This document shows positions 1-8,008 of a DNA stretch of 32,000 nucleotides, piece after piece. Origin of the DNA: Alkalilimnicola ehrlichii MLHE-1. Its GTDB lineage: Bacteria > Pseudomonadota > Gammaproteobacteria > Nitrococcales > Halorhodospiraceae. The DNA lies in contig NC_008340.1 in NCBI RefSeq assembly GCF_000014785.1, positions 2,820,001-2,852,000 of the forward strand. The letters run 5' to 3'. The notes beneath the pieces are model-generated. The model had not been told where the DNA came from and did not search any database. It worked only from the letters and a program-made list of their open reading frames with translations. The position numbers and the translations under genes were made by a program. Position 1 is the first letter of the stretch; each line of letters opens with the position of its first letter.

Positions 1-2
1 AC

Positions 3-1100
3 ACCGACCCGGGGGCCACCGGCCGGCTCTGGTTCCACAACGCCGACGACCGGCCCGGCGACAGCGGCATCCTGGCCAGTGCCGACCAGCTCACCCGGGA
101 GCTGCGGCATACCCAGGTCACGCTGGTCAGCAAGGACGTCAACCTGCGGGTCCGTGCCCTCGCCAGTGGCCTGCGCGCTGAGGATTACCGCAGCGACCGG
201 GTCACCGAGGATCTGGACCTACTCCAAAGCGGCATCGACACCCTCCCGGACGCCGTGTGGACGGCGCGTCGCGAGACGCTGCTGGAGAACGGTCAGGAGG
301 GGGTGCGCATCCCGCTGCCCGAGGGCACCCACTGGTTCCCCGGCCAGTGCCTGCACCACGACGAGAGCGGCTTTGAGGGCATCGTCCGGCAGGCGGAGCC
401 GGGGGCCTGCTGGGTGGAACCGGTGCAGGATTTTCGCGGCGACGGCGGCCCCTGGGGGGTGCGCGCCCGCAACCAGGAACAGAACTTCGCGCTGAATCTG
501 CTGATGGACCCGGAGATCGACTTCGTCAGCCTGCTCGGCCCCGCCGGCACCGGCAAGACGCTGCTGACCCTGGCCGCCGGTCTGGAGCAGACCCTGGAGC
601 TGAAGCGTTTCGTGGAGATTGTCATGACCCGCGCCACCATCGCCCTGGGCGAGGACATCGGTTACCTGCCCGGCTCCGAGGAGGAGAAGATGACACCGTG
701 GATGGGGGCGCTGGCGGATAACCTGGAGGTGCTGGGTCAACCGGAGAGCGGTGGCGACTGGGGGCGCGCGGCCACGGCCGATCTGGTGCAGTCGCGCATC
801 AAGCTGCGCTCGCTGGCCTTCATGCGCGGCCGGACCTTCGTGCGCCGGCTGCTGATCCTGGACGAGGCGCAGAACCTGACCTCGAAGCAGATGAAGGCGC
901 TGATCACCCGGGCCGGGCCGGGCACCAAGGTGGTCTGCATGGGCAACCTGGGGCAGATCGACACTCCCTACCTGACCGAGTCCAGCTCCGGCCTGAGCTG
1001 GGCGGTGCAGCGCCTGCGCGACTGGCCCCACAGCGGGCACATCACCTTGCAACGGGGCGAGCGCTCGCGGCTGGCGGATTTCGCCAACGAAGCGCTGTGA
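3..1100 (+). CDS. PhoH-like ATPase with N-terminal PIN domain (YlaK type); 5' end cut by window edge
   Basis: The listed ORF 255..1100 has Walker A GPAGTGKTLLTLAAG and Walker B LLILDEAQN. The same frame stays open with no stop back to nt 3 (TDPGATGRLWFHNADD...VTLVSKDVNLRVRA), which fits the PIN part of this family. Stop codon TGA at 1098-1100. Confidence 0.85.
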   Translation, partial: TDPGATGRLWFHNADDRPGDSGILASADQLTRELRHTQVTLVSKDVNLRVRALASGLRAEDYRSDRVTEDLDLLQSGIDTLPDAVWTARRETLLENGQEGVRIPLPEGTHWFPGQCLHHDESGFEGIVRQAEPGACWVEPVQDFRGDGGPWGVRARNQEQNFALNLLMDPEIDFVSLLGPAGTGKTLLTLAAGLEQTLELKRFVEIVMTRATIALGEDIGYLPGSEEEKMTPWMGALADNLEVLGQPESGGDWGRAATADLVQSRIKLRSLAFMRGRTFVRRLLILDEAQNLTSKQMKALITRAGPGTKVVCMGNLGQIDTPYLTESSSGLSWAVQRLRDWPHSGHITLQRGERSRLADFANEAL

Positions 1101-1144
1101 CGCGTTGACCCAGCATCACCACGGACGGAGGGGCTTCGGATAGC

Positions 1145-1184
1145 GCCGTTGGGTGGGGTCGCGGCCGCGACCCCACCCAACGGC
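1145..1184. terminator. Perfect 40-bp GC-rich palindrome between convergent genes (possible bidirectional terminator or REP-like element)
   Basis: GCCGTTGGGTGGGGTCGCGG|CCGCGACCCCACCCAACGGC has 20-nt arms that are exact reverse complements, centred on GCGGCCGC. It lies between the PhoH stop (1100) and the perM stop (1212). There is no U-tract on either side, so a terminator role is uncertain. Confidence 0.4.
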
Positions 1185-1211
1185 GACACCAGCGAAAGGA
1201 TGGTTGCCTCA

Positions 1212-2291
1212 TCAGGCCTCGCCCTGGGCTTGCTCCCGGTGGCTGGCGGCGGACGGCCAGGCCTTGATGACCGCCTGGATCAGGGTCGCCAGCGGGATGG
1301 CGAAGAACACCCCCCAGAAGCCCCACACCCCACCAAAGACCAGGATGGCCACGATGATGGCCACCGGGTGCAGGTTGACCGCCTCGGAGAACAGCAACGG
1401 GACCAGCACGTTGCCGTCCAGCGCCTGGATAATGAAATAGGCCACCATCAACCAGGCGAACTCCGGGCTGACCCCCCACTGGAAGTAGGCAATGATCGCC
1501 ACCGGCAGGGTCACCACCGCCGCACCCACGTAGGGCACGATCACCGACAGCCCCACCATCACCGCCAGCAGCATGGCGAACTGGAGCCCGAACAACGAAA
1601 AGGTGATGAAGGTGACCGCCCAGACGATGATGATCTCGACGAATTTGCCGCGAACGTAGTTGCCGATCTGCAGGTCCACCTCGCGCCAGACCTCCGAGGC
1701 CAGGCCCCGGTCCCGCGGCAGGTGGTCGCTCAGCCACTGCAGCATCAGCCGCTTGTCCTTCAGGAAGAAGAACACCATGAACGGCACCAGCACCATGTAG
1801 ACCAGCAGGGTGACGATGACCACCACCGACTGGAAGGAGAACGAGGTCACCACCCGCTGGGCCCAGTCGATGAGCTCGCGGCGCAGGCCGTCGATGATCT
1901 CCCGCATCTGGGCCTCGCTGAACAACTGGGGATAGTGCTCCGGCAGTTGCAGCAACAGCGCCTGCCCCCGCGCCAGGATCGCAGGCAACTGCTCAACCAG
2001 CTGCACCAACTGCCGGTAGAGCACTGGGAAGAGGACCAGGAAGAGGGCCAGCAGGAAGGCGGTAAAACTGAGGAACACCACCGTGACCGCAGCGAGTCGC
2101 GGCACCCGCCACCGCTCCAGATAGCGCACGAACCCCTCCAGCAGATAGGCCAACACCAGGCTCGCCAGCACCGGCGCCAGCATATTGCCCATGAAGAGCA
2201 CCACGCCGAAGCCCAGCAGCAGGACCAGGCCCAGCACCACCACCTGGGGGTCGTTGAACGTTCGGGAGAACCAGTCTCTGATCAGTTGCAT
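1212..2291 (-). CDS. perM: AI-2E family transporter (PerM/YhhT, UPF0118-type permease)
   Basis: Polytopic hydrophobic protein whose translation from MQLIRDWFSRTFNDPQVVVLGLVLLLGFG... is typical of the family. I chose the ATG at 2291 rather than the ORF start at 2423, because 2423 would overlap bepA and add a non-hydrophobic extension. Divergent from bepA, as in E. coli perM-bepA. Confidence 0.75.
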   Translation of the reverse strand: MQLIRDWFSRTFNDPQVVVLGLVLLLGFGVVLFMGNMLAPVLASLVLAYLLEGFVRYLERWRVPRLAAVTVVFLSFTAFLLALFLVLFPVLYRQLVQLVEQLPAILARGQALLLQLPEHYPQLFSEAQMREIIDGLRRELIDWAQRVVTSFSFQSVVVIVTLLVYMVLVPFMVFFFLKDKRLMLQWLSDHLPRDRGLASEVWREVDLQIGNYVRGKFVEIIIVWAVTFITFSLFGLQFAMLLAVMVGLSVIVPYVGAAVVTLPVAIIAYFQWGVSPEFAWLMVAYFIIQALDGNVLVPLLFSEAVNLHPVAIIVAILVFGGVWGFWGVFFAIPLATLIQAVIKAWPSAASHREQAQGEA

Positions 2292-2421
2292 GGGTATCCC
2301 GTGGGATTCGGTCGTCCTGTCCGCCGGCGCCCCGACATCATAGCCACAAATGCCCCCCGGCGGTAACCTGTAGCCAGTGACGGAACCCCTCATCAAGCCC
2401 GGGGGTCTCAACAAGGTGATC

Positions 2422-3879
2422 ATGAACGCCCGCCAAGCCTTTCAGTTGTTCATCGCGGCGCTCGTGGCAGTGGCCATGCTGCTCGCCAGCGTGACCGCCG
2501 CGCGGGCCAGCGAGGAGTTGCGCCTGCCTGATATGGGCAACCCCGCCGCTCAAGTCCTTTCGCCCAGCGACGAGCAGGCGATCGGGGACGAGCTGATGCG
2601 CCAACTCCGGCAACACCTGCCGCTCGCCGATGACCCTGAGATCACCGCCTATATCGATGAGCTGGGCCAACGGCTGGCGGCTCACAGCGACATGCCGGGG
2701 CTGCGCTTCACCTTCTTCGTGGTGGAGGACGACAATATCAACGCCTTCGCCATGCCCGGCGGCTACATTGGCATCAACACCGGCCTGCTGGACGCGGCGC
2801 GCTCGGAGAGCGAACTGGCCGCGGTCATGGCCCACGAGATCGCCCACGTCACCCAACGCCATATCGCCCGGCATTATGCCTCGGCCCAGCGCTTGAATCT
2901 GCAAACAGCCGCCGCCCTGCTGGCCGCGGTACTGATCGGCGCCTACGACCCCCAGGCCGGCAGCGCCGCCGCCATGGCCGGCATTGGCGGCACCCTTCAG
3001 CAGCAACTGAGCTACTCCCGGGGCTTTGAGCGCGAGGCCGATCGCGTGGGTTTGCGTATCCTCGCCCGTTCCGGGCTCGACCCGCAAGGCATGCCCGGCT
3101 TCTTCGAGCGCCTGCTTGAGGCCAGCCGCTACCGCGAGCGCGCCCCCGAATACCTGAGCACCCACCCGCTGACAGAAAACCGCATCACCGAGGCCCGCGC
3201 CCGCGCCGACGCCTACACCGTGGACGCCCCCCTGGAGAGCGGCCGGTTCCACGTCATGCAGGCCCGCCAGCAGGTGCTCGCGCAGGGCGATGCCCGCGAG
3301 GCCGTTCAGCGCTTCCGCGCCCGCGCGGAGCAGACCCGGGGTGCGGAGCAGATCGCCGCCCGTTACGGGCTGGCCCTCGCATTGATCCGCGATCGGCAGT
3401 TCGACGAGGCCGAGGCCCTGCTCTCTAAGCTGGAGGCGGACCTCTCCGGCCAGCCGGCATGGCTGCTGGCGCGCGGCCGCCTGCAGCAGCGCTCCGGCGA
3501 CCCGGCACAGGCGGCGGCCACCTTGCGCAAGGCTCAGGAGCTGTTCCCGGGCAACCGCGCCGCGCCCACCTACCTGGCGGACGCCCTGTTGGATGCCGGG
3601 CAGCCCAATGAGGCCCGGCAGGTGCTCACCCGCGCGGTACGCGACCACCCGAACCACCCGGAACTCAAGCGGCGCCTGGCGGAGGCGGCCAACGAGGCCG
3701 GGCGCCCGGTGGACGCCCACCTGGCCATGGCCCGCTACTACCACCAGCTCGGGGACCTGAACAGTGCCCTGGGGCAGTTGAGAGAGGTGGAGCACCACCC
3801 GCAAGCCGATTACTACCAGGCGTCCCGGGCGGCGGCGCTGAAGCGGGACTGGCAGCAAGAGGCCGCGCAACGGGACTGA
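2422..3879 (+). CDS. bepA: Periplasmic M48 zinc metalloprotease with C-terminal TPR repeats (BepA/YfgC-like)
   Basis: HEIAHVTQRH zinc motif (HExxH). Signal peptide MNARQAFQLFIAALVAVAMLLASVTAARA when translated from the ATG at 2422. TPR-like helical C-terminal half. Size is about 485 aa. Confidence 0.8.
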   Translation: MNARQAFQLFIAALVAVAMLLASVTAARASEELRLPDMGNPAAQVLSPSDEQAIGDELMRQLRQHLPLADDPEITAYIDELGQRLAAHSDMPGLRFTFFVVEDDNINAFAMPGGYIGINTGLLDAARSESELAAVMAHEIAHVTQRHIARHYASAQRLNLQTAAALLAAVLIGAYDPQAGSAAAMAGIGGTLQQQLSYSRGFEREADRVGLRILARSGLDPQGMPGFFERLLEASRYRERAPEYLSTHPLTENRITEARARADAYTVDAPLESGRFHVMQARQQVLAQGDAREAVQRFRARAEQTRGAEQIAARYGLALALIRDRQFDEAEALLSKLEADLSGQPAWLLARGRLQQRSGDPAQAAATLRKAQELFPGNRAAPTYLADALLDAGQPNEARQVLTRAVRDHPNHPELKRRLAEAANEAGRPVDAHLAMARYYHQLGDLNSALGQLREVEHHPQADYYQASRAAALKRDWQQEAAQRD

Positions 3880-3903
3880 TCGCCTCGGACACAAGCCGCC
3901 CCC

Positions 3904-3931
3904 TTACCCACACTGGTAACGGTGATAGACT
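3904..3931 (+). promoter_or_regulatory. Possible promoter of phaEC (extended -10)
   Basis: TGaTAGACT at 3923-3931 (TGn-extended -10) with a weak -35 TTACCC at 3904-3909 and a 16-nt spacer, about 30 nt upstream of the phaE GTG. By-eye match only. Confidence 0.3.
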
Positions 3932-3962
3932 GACGCCCCAGCACAGGGGGAAATCGGCCGCA

Positions 3963-4838
3963 GTGTCTGACCAAGGGGAGCAAACCCATAGCGACTGGCG
4001 CGCCTGGGCGGATGCCGCCCGGGAGCAGGTCCGTGCGTTCTGGTCCACCACGGTTGAGCTGTGGTCGGAGCAGCACCTGGGCCCGGCACTGGCAGTCCTC
4101 CAGGCGGCTGAGAGCGAGGGCGAGCGCCCCGACCCTGCGGCCCTGCACGCCGCCCTGGCGCCCCTGCGACAGCAACTCGAGCAGGGCTTCCGTCATCTCC
4201 ACCAGACCCTGGACTGGGGGCAGGGCCTGCGCCAAACCCTGGGCAGCGACACCCAGGACACCCCGCCGCCCGCCTGGCTGCGTCCCTGGCTCGACCTGGT
4301 CGCCGCCCGGCTCGGCCCCTGGGCGGACCATCAGGCCCGTCAACAGGCACTGATAGAGGCCGGGCTTCGCCACCAGATGGCTCTGGAACGCTTCCTGGGG
4401 CAGACCCGCGAGGCCGCCCTTGCTGGAGTGGAGCGATTGGCCGATGAGCTGGCGGCCTCGCCGCCGGCCCCACCCACCCTGCAGGCGGTACGTGATCGCT
4501 ACCTGCAAGCGAGTGAGCAGGCCTGGGAGGAGCGGCTGGGCACCGACGACTATCGCCAGGCCTTCGTCGCCCTCAGCGAGAGCAGCCTGGGCTACACCCG
4601 TGCGCTGCAGCAACACCTGGACCACTGGCTGGGCCTGCTGGATCTGCCCACCCGGCGCGGCCTGCACAGTACCCAGAAGCGGCTGCATGAACTCCGCCAG
4701 AGCCATCGGGCCCTGGCCAAGGAACTGGAACGGGCCGATCTCGACGGCTTGCGGGACGAGGTCCGCGCGCTGCGTGAGGAGGTCCGCCGGCTGCGGGGGA
4801 CCGGCGCTGATGGGCGGACCGGGGAGAGGCCGGCGTGA
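3963..4838 (+). CDS. phaE: Class III PHA synthase subunit PhaE
   Basis: Trp-rich N-terminus (DWRAWADAAREQVRAFWSTTVELWSEQ). C-terminal LLDLPTRRGLHSTQKRLHELRQ matches the L-x-LPTR...coiled-coil PhaE box as I recall it from cyanobacterial PhaE. GTG start. The stop overlaps the phaC start (GTGA at 4835-4838). Confidence 0.75.
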   Translation: MSDQGEQTHSDWRAWADAAREQVRAFWSTTVELWSEQHLGPALAVLQAAESEGERPDPAALHAALAPLRQQLEQGFRHLHQTLDWGQGLRQTLGSDTQDTPPPAWLRPWLDLVAARLGPWADHQARQQALIEAGLRHQMALERFLGQTREAALAGVERLADELAASPPAPPTLQAVRDRYLQASEQAWEERLGTDDYRQAFVALSESSLGYTRALQQHLDHWLGLLDLPTRRGLHSTQKRLHELRQSHRALAKELERADLDGLRDEVRALREEVRRLRGTGADGRTGERPA

Positions 4839-5926
4839 CCTCAGGCCTACCCCCGGAACGCGGGGAAGACTCCCTTAACCCGTCAATGGCCGCTCTGCAG
4901 GCGGTCCTGGATGAGTGCGCGGCTCTGCAGCCGGTCACCGTGGGCGAGACCCCGCGCACCGCCATCCACACCCTGCCGCCCGCCACCCTCTACCATTACC
5001 CTCCGCCCGCCGATACCCAAGCCCCGGAACCAGAGGCAAGGCGCCCGCTGCTGGTGCTCTACTCCCTGGTCAACCGCCCCTATCTACTGGACCTCTCTCC
5101 CCAGCGCTCATTGCTCCGGGGTCTGCGCGACAGCGGCCTGCCGGTCTATTTGCTGGACTGGGGTCGGCCGGAGCCGGCCGACCGTTTTCTCGGGCTGGAC
5201 GACTACCTCTGCGACATCCTGCATGAGGCGGTGAAGGAGGTGAGCCGCCGCCATGGCGGTCAGCCGGTGGACCTGCTGGGGGTCTGCCAGGGCGGTACCT
5301 TCTCGCTCTGCTACACGGCCCTGCACCCGGAGCGGATCGGGCGGCTTGCGACCCTGGTCACCCCCGTCGATTTCCACTGCCCCGGGGACACCCTCGGCGC
5401 CCTGGCCCGGGAACTGAACCTGGGGCTGGCGGTGGAGACCCTGGGCAACATCCCCGCCGATCTGCTCAACCTGGTCTTTATCAGCCTCAAACCGGCCGAA
5501 CTATTGTCCCGGCGCTACCTCCAGCAGCTCCCGCAGTTGCGCCACAACCGCGATGCCCTGCAGGACTTCCTGCGCATGGAGCGCTGGATGTACGACAGCC
5601 CGGACCTCAGCGGCAGGGCCTTTCTGGAGTTCGTCCGCGAGTTCTATCAGGACAACGCCCTGGCCCGCGGCACGCTCACCATCGGCGGCCGCGAGGTGGA
5701 CCCGACCCGCATCCGGCAGCCGGTTTTCAACGCCTACGCCACCGCGGATCACCTGGTACCCCCGGCCGCGGCCCGCGCCATGGGCACGCTGCTGAGTAAT
5801 GCCGACTACCGGGAGGAGGCGGTGCCCGGGGGACACCTGGGGGTGATGCTGAGCAAGAAGGCCCGACTGGGCCTGCACCAGCGCCTGCAGGATTGGCTGG
5901 CACAGCCCCTCCCAGCGGCCCCATAG
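4835..5926 (+). CDS. phaC: Class III poly(R)-hydroxyalkanoate synthase catalytic subunit PhaC
   Basis: About 363 aa, the class III size. Lipase-box-like GVCQGGTFS with the catalytic Cys. Downstream ATADHLVP (Asp) and GGHLGV (His) are positioned as in the Cys-Asp-His triad. Translationally coupled to phaE. Confidence 0.9.
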   Translation: MTSGLPPERGEDSLNPSMAALQAVLDECAALQPVTVGETPRTAIHTLPPATLYHYPPPADTQAPEPEARRPLLVLYSLVNRPYLLDLSPQRSLLRGLRDSGLPVYLLDWGRPEPADRFLGLDDYLCDILHEAVKEVSRRHGGQPVDLLGVCQGGTFSLCYTALHPERIGRLATLVTPVDFHCPGDTLGALARELNLGLAVETLGNIPADLLNLVFISLKPAELLSRRYLQQLPQLRHNRDALQDFLRMERWMYDSPDLSGRAFLEFVREFYQDNALARGTLTIGGREVDPTRIRQPVFNAYATADHLVPPAAARAMGTLLSNADYREEAVPGGHLGVMLSKKARLGLHQRLQDWLAQPLPAAP

Positions 5927-6006
5927 CCCAGTGGCCCGCTTGGAAAAACCGGCAAGACAGCACGTTATGACGCCTTGCTCATGATGCGGCGCGTCAACGA
6001 AAGTAC

Positions 6007-6034
6007 TTGCCATGACGATTTGCCGCACTACAAT
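6007..6034 (+). promoter_or_regulatory. Candidate sigma70 promoter pointing into the phaC-phaB intergenic island
   Basis: TTGCCA (6007-6012), 16-nt spacer, TACAAT (6029-6034). No plus-strand CDS follows. The next plus-strand signal is the intrinsic terminator at 6264-6292. Confidence 0.4.
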
Positions 6035-6097
6035 GGCTTCCCATCAGCTGGTTGAGACAATATGCCGCAGAGCAGCCAGCCGGACGGTGTAGCAGGC

Positions 6098-6123
6098 AAA
6101 AAAAACCCCCTCGGGAGAGGGGG
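6098..6123 (-). terminator. Rho-independent terminator (minus strand)
   Basis: On the minus strand: CCCCCTC-TCCC-GAGGGGG followed by TTTTTTTT. On the plus strand this is A8 at 6098-6105 and the stem at 6106-6123. Confidence 0.7.
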
Positions 6124-6263
6124 CAAGAGGAAGGCGACGTTTACCTAGGATACGCGCCGCCAGGAGGAGACCGACTAATAACTATAACAAGCAGTCCTTG
6201 CCAAGGCGCTCCATAAAAAGCGCCTGTCATCAGACAGGGCAAACAACAGCGCCACTACCCGCC

Positions 6264-6292
6264 GGGGAGCCGCCACCGCTCCCTATTTTTTT
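6264..6292 (+). terminator. Rho-independent terminator (plus strand)
   Basis: GGGGAGC-CGCCACC-GCTCCC followed by TATTTTTTT. Confidence 0.65.
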
Positions 6293-6301
6293 GCCCCTCT
6301 G

Positions 6302-6318
6302 ATGTTGCTGTGCAACAT
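6302..6318. promoter_or_regulatory. Perfect 17-bp palindrome ATGTTGC-TGT-GCAACAT; putative PhaR-type operator
   Basis: The 7-3-7 arms are exact. It overlaps the last 2 nt of the minus-strand -10 and the predicted +1. A 13/17 related copy lies in the phaB leader (7254-7270). Confidence 0.5.
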
Positions 6319-6345
6319 TCTATGACGGCCGATTCACCTTGTCAA
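6317..6345 (-). promoter_or_regulatory. Strong sigma70-type promoter (minus strand)
   Basis: On the minus strand: TTGACA (6345..6340), 17-nt spacer, TAGAAT (6322..6317). Confidence 0.6.
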
Positions 6346-6418
6346 CGCCTGGTCAGGTAATTTTACCGAACCGTCACTCAGAGAAGGGCGCGTCCTGGTC
6401 GGCGGCGCCCTGCCCCCC

Positions 6419-7165
6419 TTAGAAACTGCAGAACAGCCCACCATTGACCGGGATGTTGGCGCCGGTGATGTAGCCGGCGTCATCCGCCGCCAGGAACCGC
6501 ACCACCCGGGCGATATCGGCCGGCTGGCCCATACGGCCGGCGGGCACCTGGGCCACGATGGCCTCACGGACATCGTCCGGCATGGCGGCCGTCATCGCGG
6601 TGTCGATGTAGCCCGGCGAGACGGTGTTCACAGTCACCCCCTTGCGGGCGCCCTCCTTCGCCAGGGCCATGGTGAAGCCGTGCATACCCGCCTTCGCGGC
6701 CGAGTAATTGGTCTGACCAAACTGTCCGGTCTGGCCGTTCACCGAGGCGATATTGATGATCCGCCCGAACCCGCGCTCGCGCATGCCGACCACGAACTGC
6801 CGGGTGACATTGAACACGCTGTTCAGGTTGACGTTGAGCACCGCGGCCCAGGCGTCCGCGTCCATCTTGTGGAGAAACGCATCCTTGGTGATCCCGGCCA
6901 CGTTGACCAGCACGTCCACCGGGCCGTGGGACTCCTCGACCTGCCGGGCCATGCGGGCACAGCTTTCGAAGTCCGCGACATCGCACTCCACGTAGGCGGC
7001 ATCGACGCCCTCGGCGTTCAGCTCCGCCTGCCATCCGGCCAGGTTCTCCTTCTCGGCGTCCAGGCAGGTGGTGATAACCCGGTAGCCGGACTGCCCCAAC
7101 TGACGGCAGATCTCGGTGCCGATACCACCGTTGCCACCGGTTACAAGTGCCACGCGTTCTGCCAT
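6419..7165 (-). CDS. phaB: NADPH-dependent acetoacetyl-CoA reductase (SDR family)
   Basis: MAERVALVTGGNGGIGTEI (Rossmann TGxxxGIG). NYSAAKAGMHGFTMALAKEGARKGVTVNTVSPGYIDTAM closely resembles the PhaB YxxxK region. About 248 aa from the ATG at 7165, preceded by AAGAGGGG. The longer ORF start at 7267 is rejected. Confidence 0.9.
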   Translation of the reverse strand: MAERVALVTGGNGGIGTEICRQLGQSGYRVITTCLDAEKENLAGWQAELNAEGVDAAYVECDVADFESCARMARQVEESHGPVDVLVNVAGITKDAFLHKMDADAWAAVLNVNLNSVFNVTRQFVVGMRERGFGRIINIASVNGQTGQFGQTNYSAAKAGMHGFTMALAKEGARKGVTVNTVSPGYIDTAMTAAMPDDVREAIVAQVPAGRMGQPADIARVVRFLAADDAGYITGANIPVNGGLFCSF

Positions 7166-7253
7166 GACGATACCCCTCTTCCAATCAAAAATGGCGACGG
7201 AGCAGATGCCGCTCACGCCCGAAAGCGGTGTGACCAGCAAGGCCGAAGGCCCC

Positions 7254-7270
7254 GTGTTGCGGTGCACAAT
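7254..7270. promoter_or_regulatory. Second copy of the TGCAC-N-GCAACA motif (putative PhaR operator) in the phaB leader
   Basis: Minus-strand ATTGTGCACCGCAACAC versus ATGTTGCACAGCAACAT at 6302-6318: 13/17 identical, and the core TGCACnGCAACA is identical at all 11 fixed positions. It starts 15 nt downstream of the phaB -10. Confidence 0.45.
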
Positions 7271-7285
7271 CGCTGATTGGAGCTG

Positions 7286-7314
7286 ATAGTAGGGTCAGTT
7301 CACCCCGGTGTCAA
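7286..7314 (-). promoter_or_regulatory. sigma70-type promoter of phaB
   Basis: On the minus strand: TTGACA (7314..7309), 17-nt spacer, TACTAT (7291..7286), about 120 nt upstream of the phaB ATG. Confidence 0.55.
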
Positions 7315-7354
7315 CGGGTGACGCGTCGTTCAGGTCGGTTTTGTGATCTGTGCC

Positions 7355-7888
7355 TCAGCGCTTGGTGCGGGTGCCGCCCTTGCCCTTTCCGGTGGACTTC
7401 CCGCCGCGTTCCCCGTCGGCGCCCGAGCCCTGCTCATCATCCTCGGCACCCTGGGGCTCGAGGCCGCTCATGGCCTGCCACATGGAGAGGTTACGCTCGG
7501 CGAATTGGGTGAGGACGTTGATGGGGCTGTGGTCCATGAAGGTGCGGGTCCGCTCCTGCAGCATCCGTTGCTGGTCGAACCAGAGCTCCAGGCTTTTCTC
7601 CAGGTAGGTGGTCAACACGTTCTGCATGTTGCCGCCGTAGGCCCGGATCAGCTGGGCGAGCAATTCACTGCTGAAGATGGGCTCACCACCCTCCTCCTCC
7701 TCGGCGATGATCTGCAGCAGGATACTACGGGTAATATCCTGCCGCGTTTTCGCATCAATCACCTGGAAATCCACCGCATCCAACACCAACCCCTTGACGT
7801 CCGCCAGGGTGATGTAGCTGCTGATGGCGGTATCGTAGAGGCGGCGGTTGGGATACTTTTTGATGACGCGGATTTCACTCATGACCAT
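7355..7888 (-). CDS. phaR: Polyhydroxyalkanoate synthesis repressor PhaR
   Basis: The N-terminus M(VM)SEIRVIKKYPNRRLYDTAISSYITLADV is the hallmark PhaR motif. Start is the ATG at 7888 or at 7882; GGAG lies 4 and 10 nt upstream respectively. Basic Gly/Lys tail. The 255-aa ORF start at 8122 is rejected. Confidence 0.9.
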   Translation of the reverse strand: MVMSEIRVIKKYPNRRLYDTAISSYITLADVKGLVLDAVDFQVIDAKTRQDITRSILLQIIAEEEEGGEPIFSSELLAQLIRAYGGNMQNVLTTYLEKSLELWFDQQRMLQERTRTFMDHSPINVLTQFAERNLSMWQAMSGLEPQGAEDDEQGSGADGERGGKSTGKGKGGTRTKR

Positions 7889-7967
7889 TACGCTCCGGGC
7901 AGGACGCTTCAGGTGTGTACTGGGGTATAATGGTGACCGGGCAGGGCCGGGGTGACACCCCCTGGCT

Positions 7968-8008
7968 TGCGGCGCCGCACCATTCGCTAAAACCACAGTA
8001 TGGTGCGG
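7968..8008. promoter_or_regulatory. Dyad symmetries around the phaR promoter and leader
   Basis: CCGCACCAT (7975-7983) pairs with ATGGTGCGG (8000-8008), bracketing the -10 and +1. A perfect 12-bp palindrome TGCGGCGCCGCA lies at 7968-7979. Confidence 0.35.

Larger units (their letters stand above)
6041..6292 (+). ncRNA. Candidate ~250-nt plus-strand transcript (sRNA/antisense RNA), defined only by promoter and terminator
   Basis: Bounded by the promoter-like element at 6007-6034 and the terminator at 6264-6292. The only ORF is a 28-codon basic peptide (ATG 6062) with no convincing SD. Confidence 0.3.
6098..6310 (-). ncRNA. Candidate ~210-nt minus-strand small RNA in the PHA locus
   Basis: Consensus promoter at 6345..6317 and intrinsic terminator at 6123..6098, with no credible CDS between them. 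The best ORFs are 30-33 codons and lack an SD. Several stem-loops are predicted (6264-6283, 6223-6238, 6205-6224). There is an unpaired UCUCCUCCUG stretch, the complement of plus 6161-6170. Confidence 0.4.

Noticed and set aside
6062-6236. Small ORFs in the phaC-phaB island, considered as a type I toxin-antitoxin pair or a mini-phasin. They are plus-strand MPQSSQPDGVAGKKNPLGRGGKRKATFT and minus-strand MTGAFYGAPWQGLLVIVISRSPPGGAYPR.
   Set aside because: Neither has a Shine-Dalgarno. Neither has a full-length hydrophobic helix typical of type I toxins or any amphipathic phasin-like character. A non-coding interpretation is favoured, but it is not proven.
7926-7931. Plus-strand TATAAT at 7926-7931 as the promoter of the HDOD gene.
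   Set aside because: It has no acceptable -35 (GACGCT) or TGn extension. It lies 150 nt from the start codon and inside the phaR leader. It remains possible but is too weakly supported to list as a feature.
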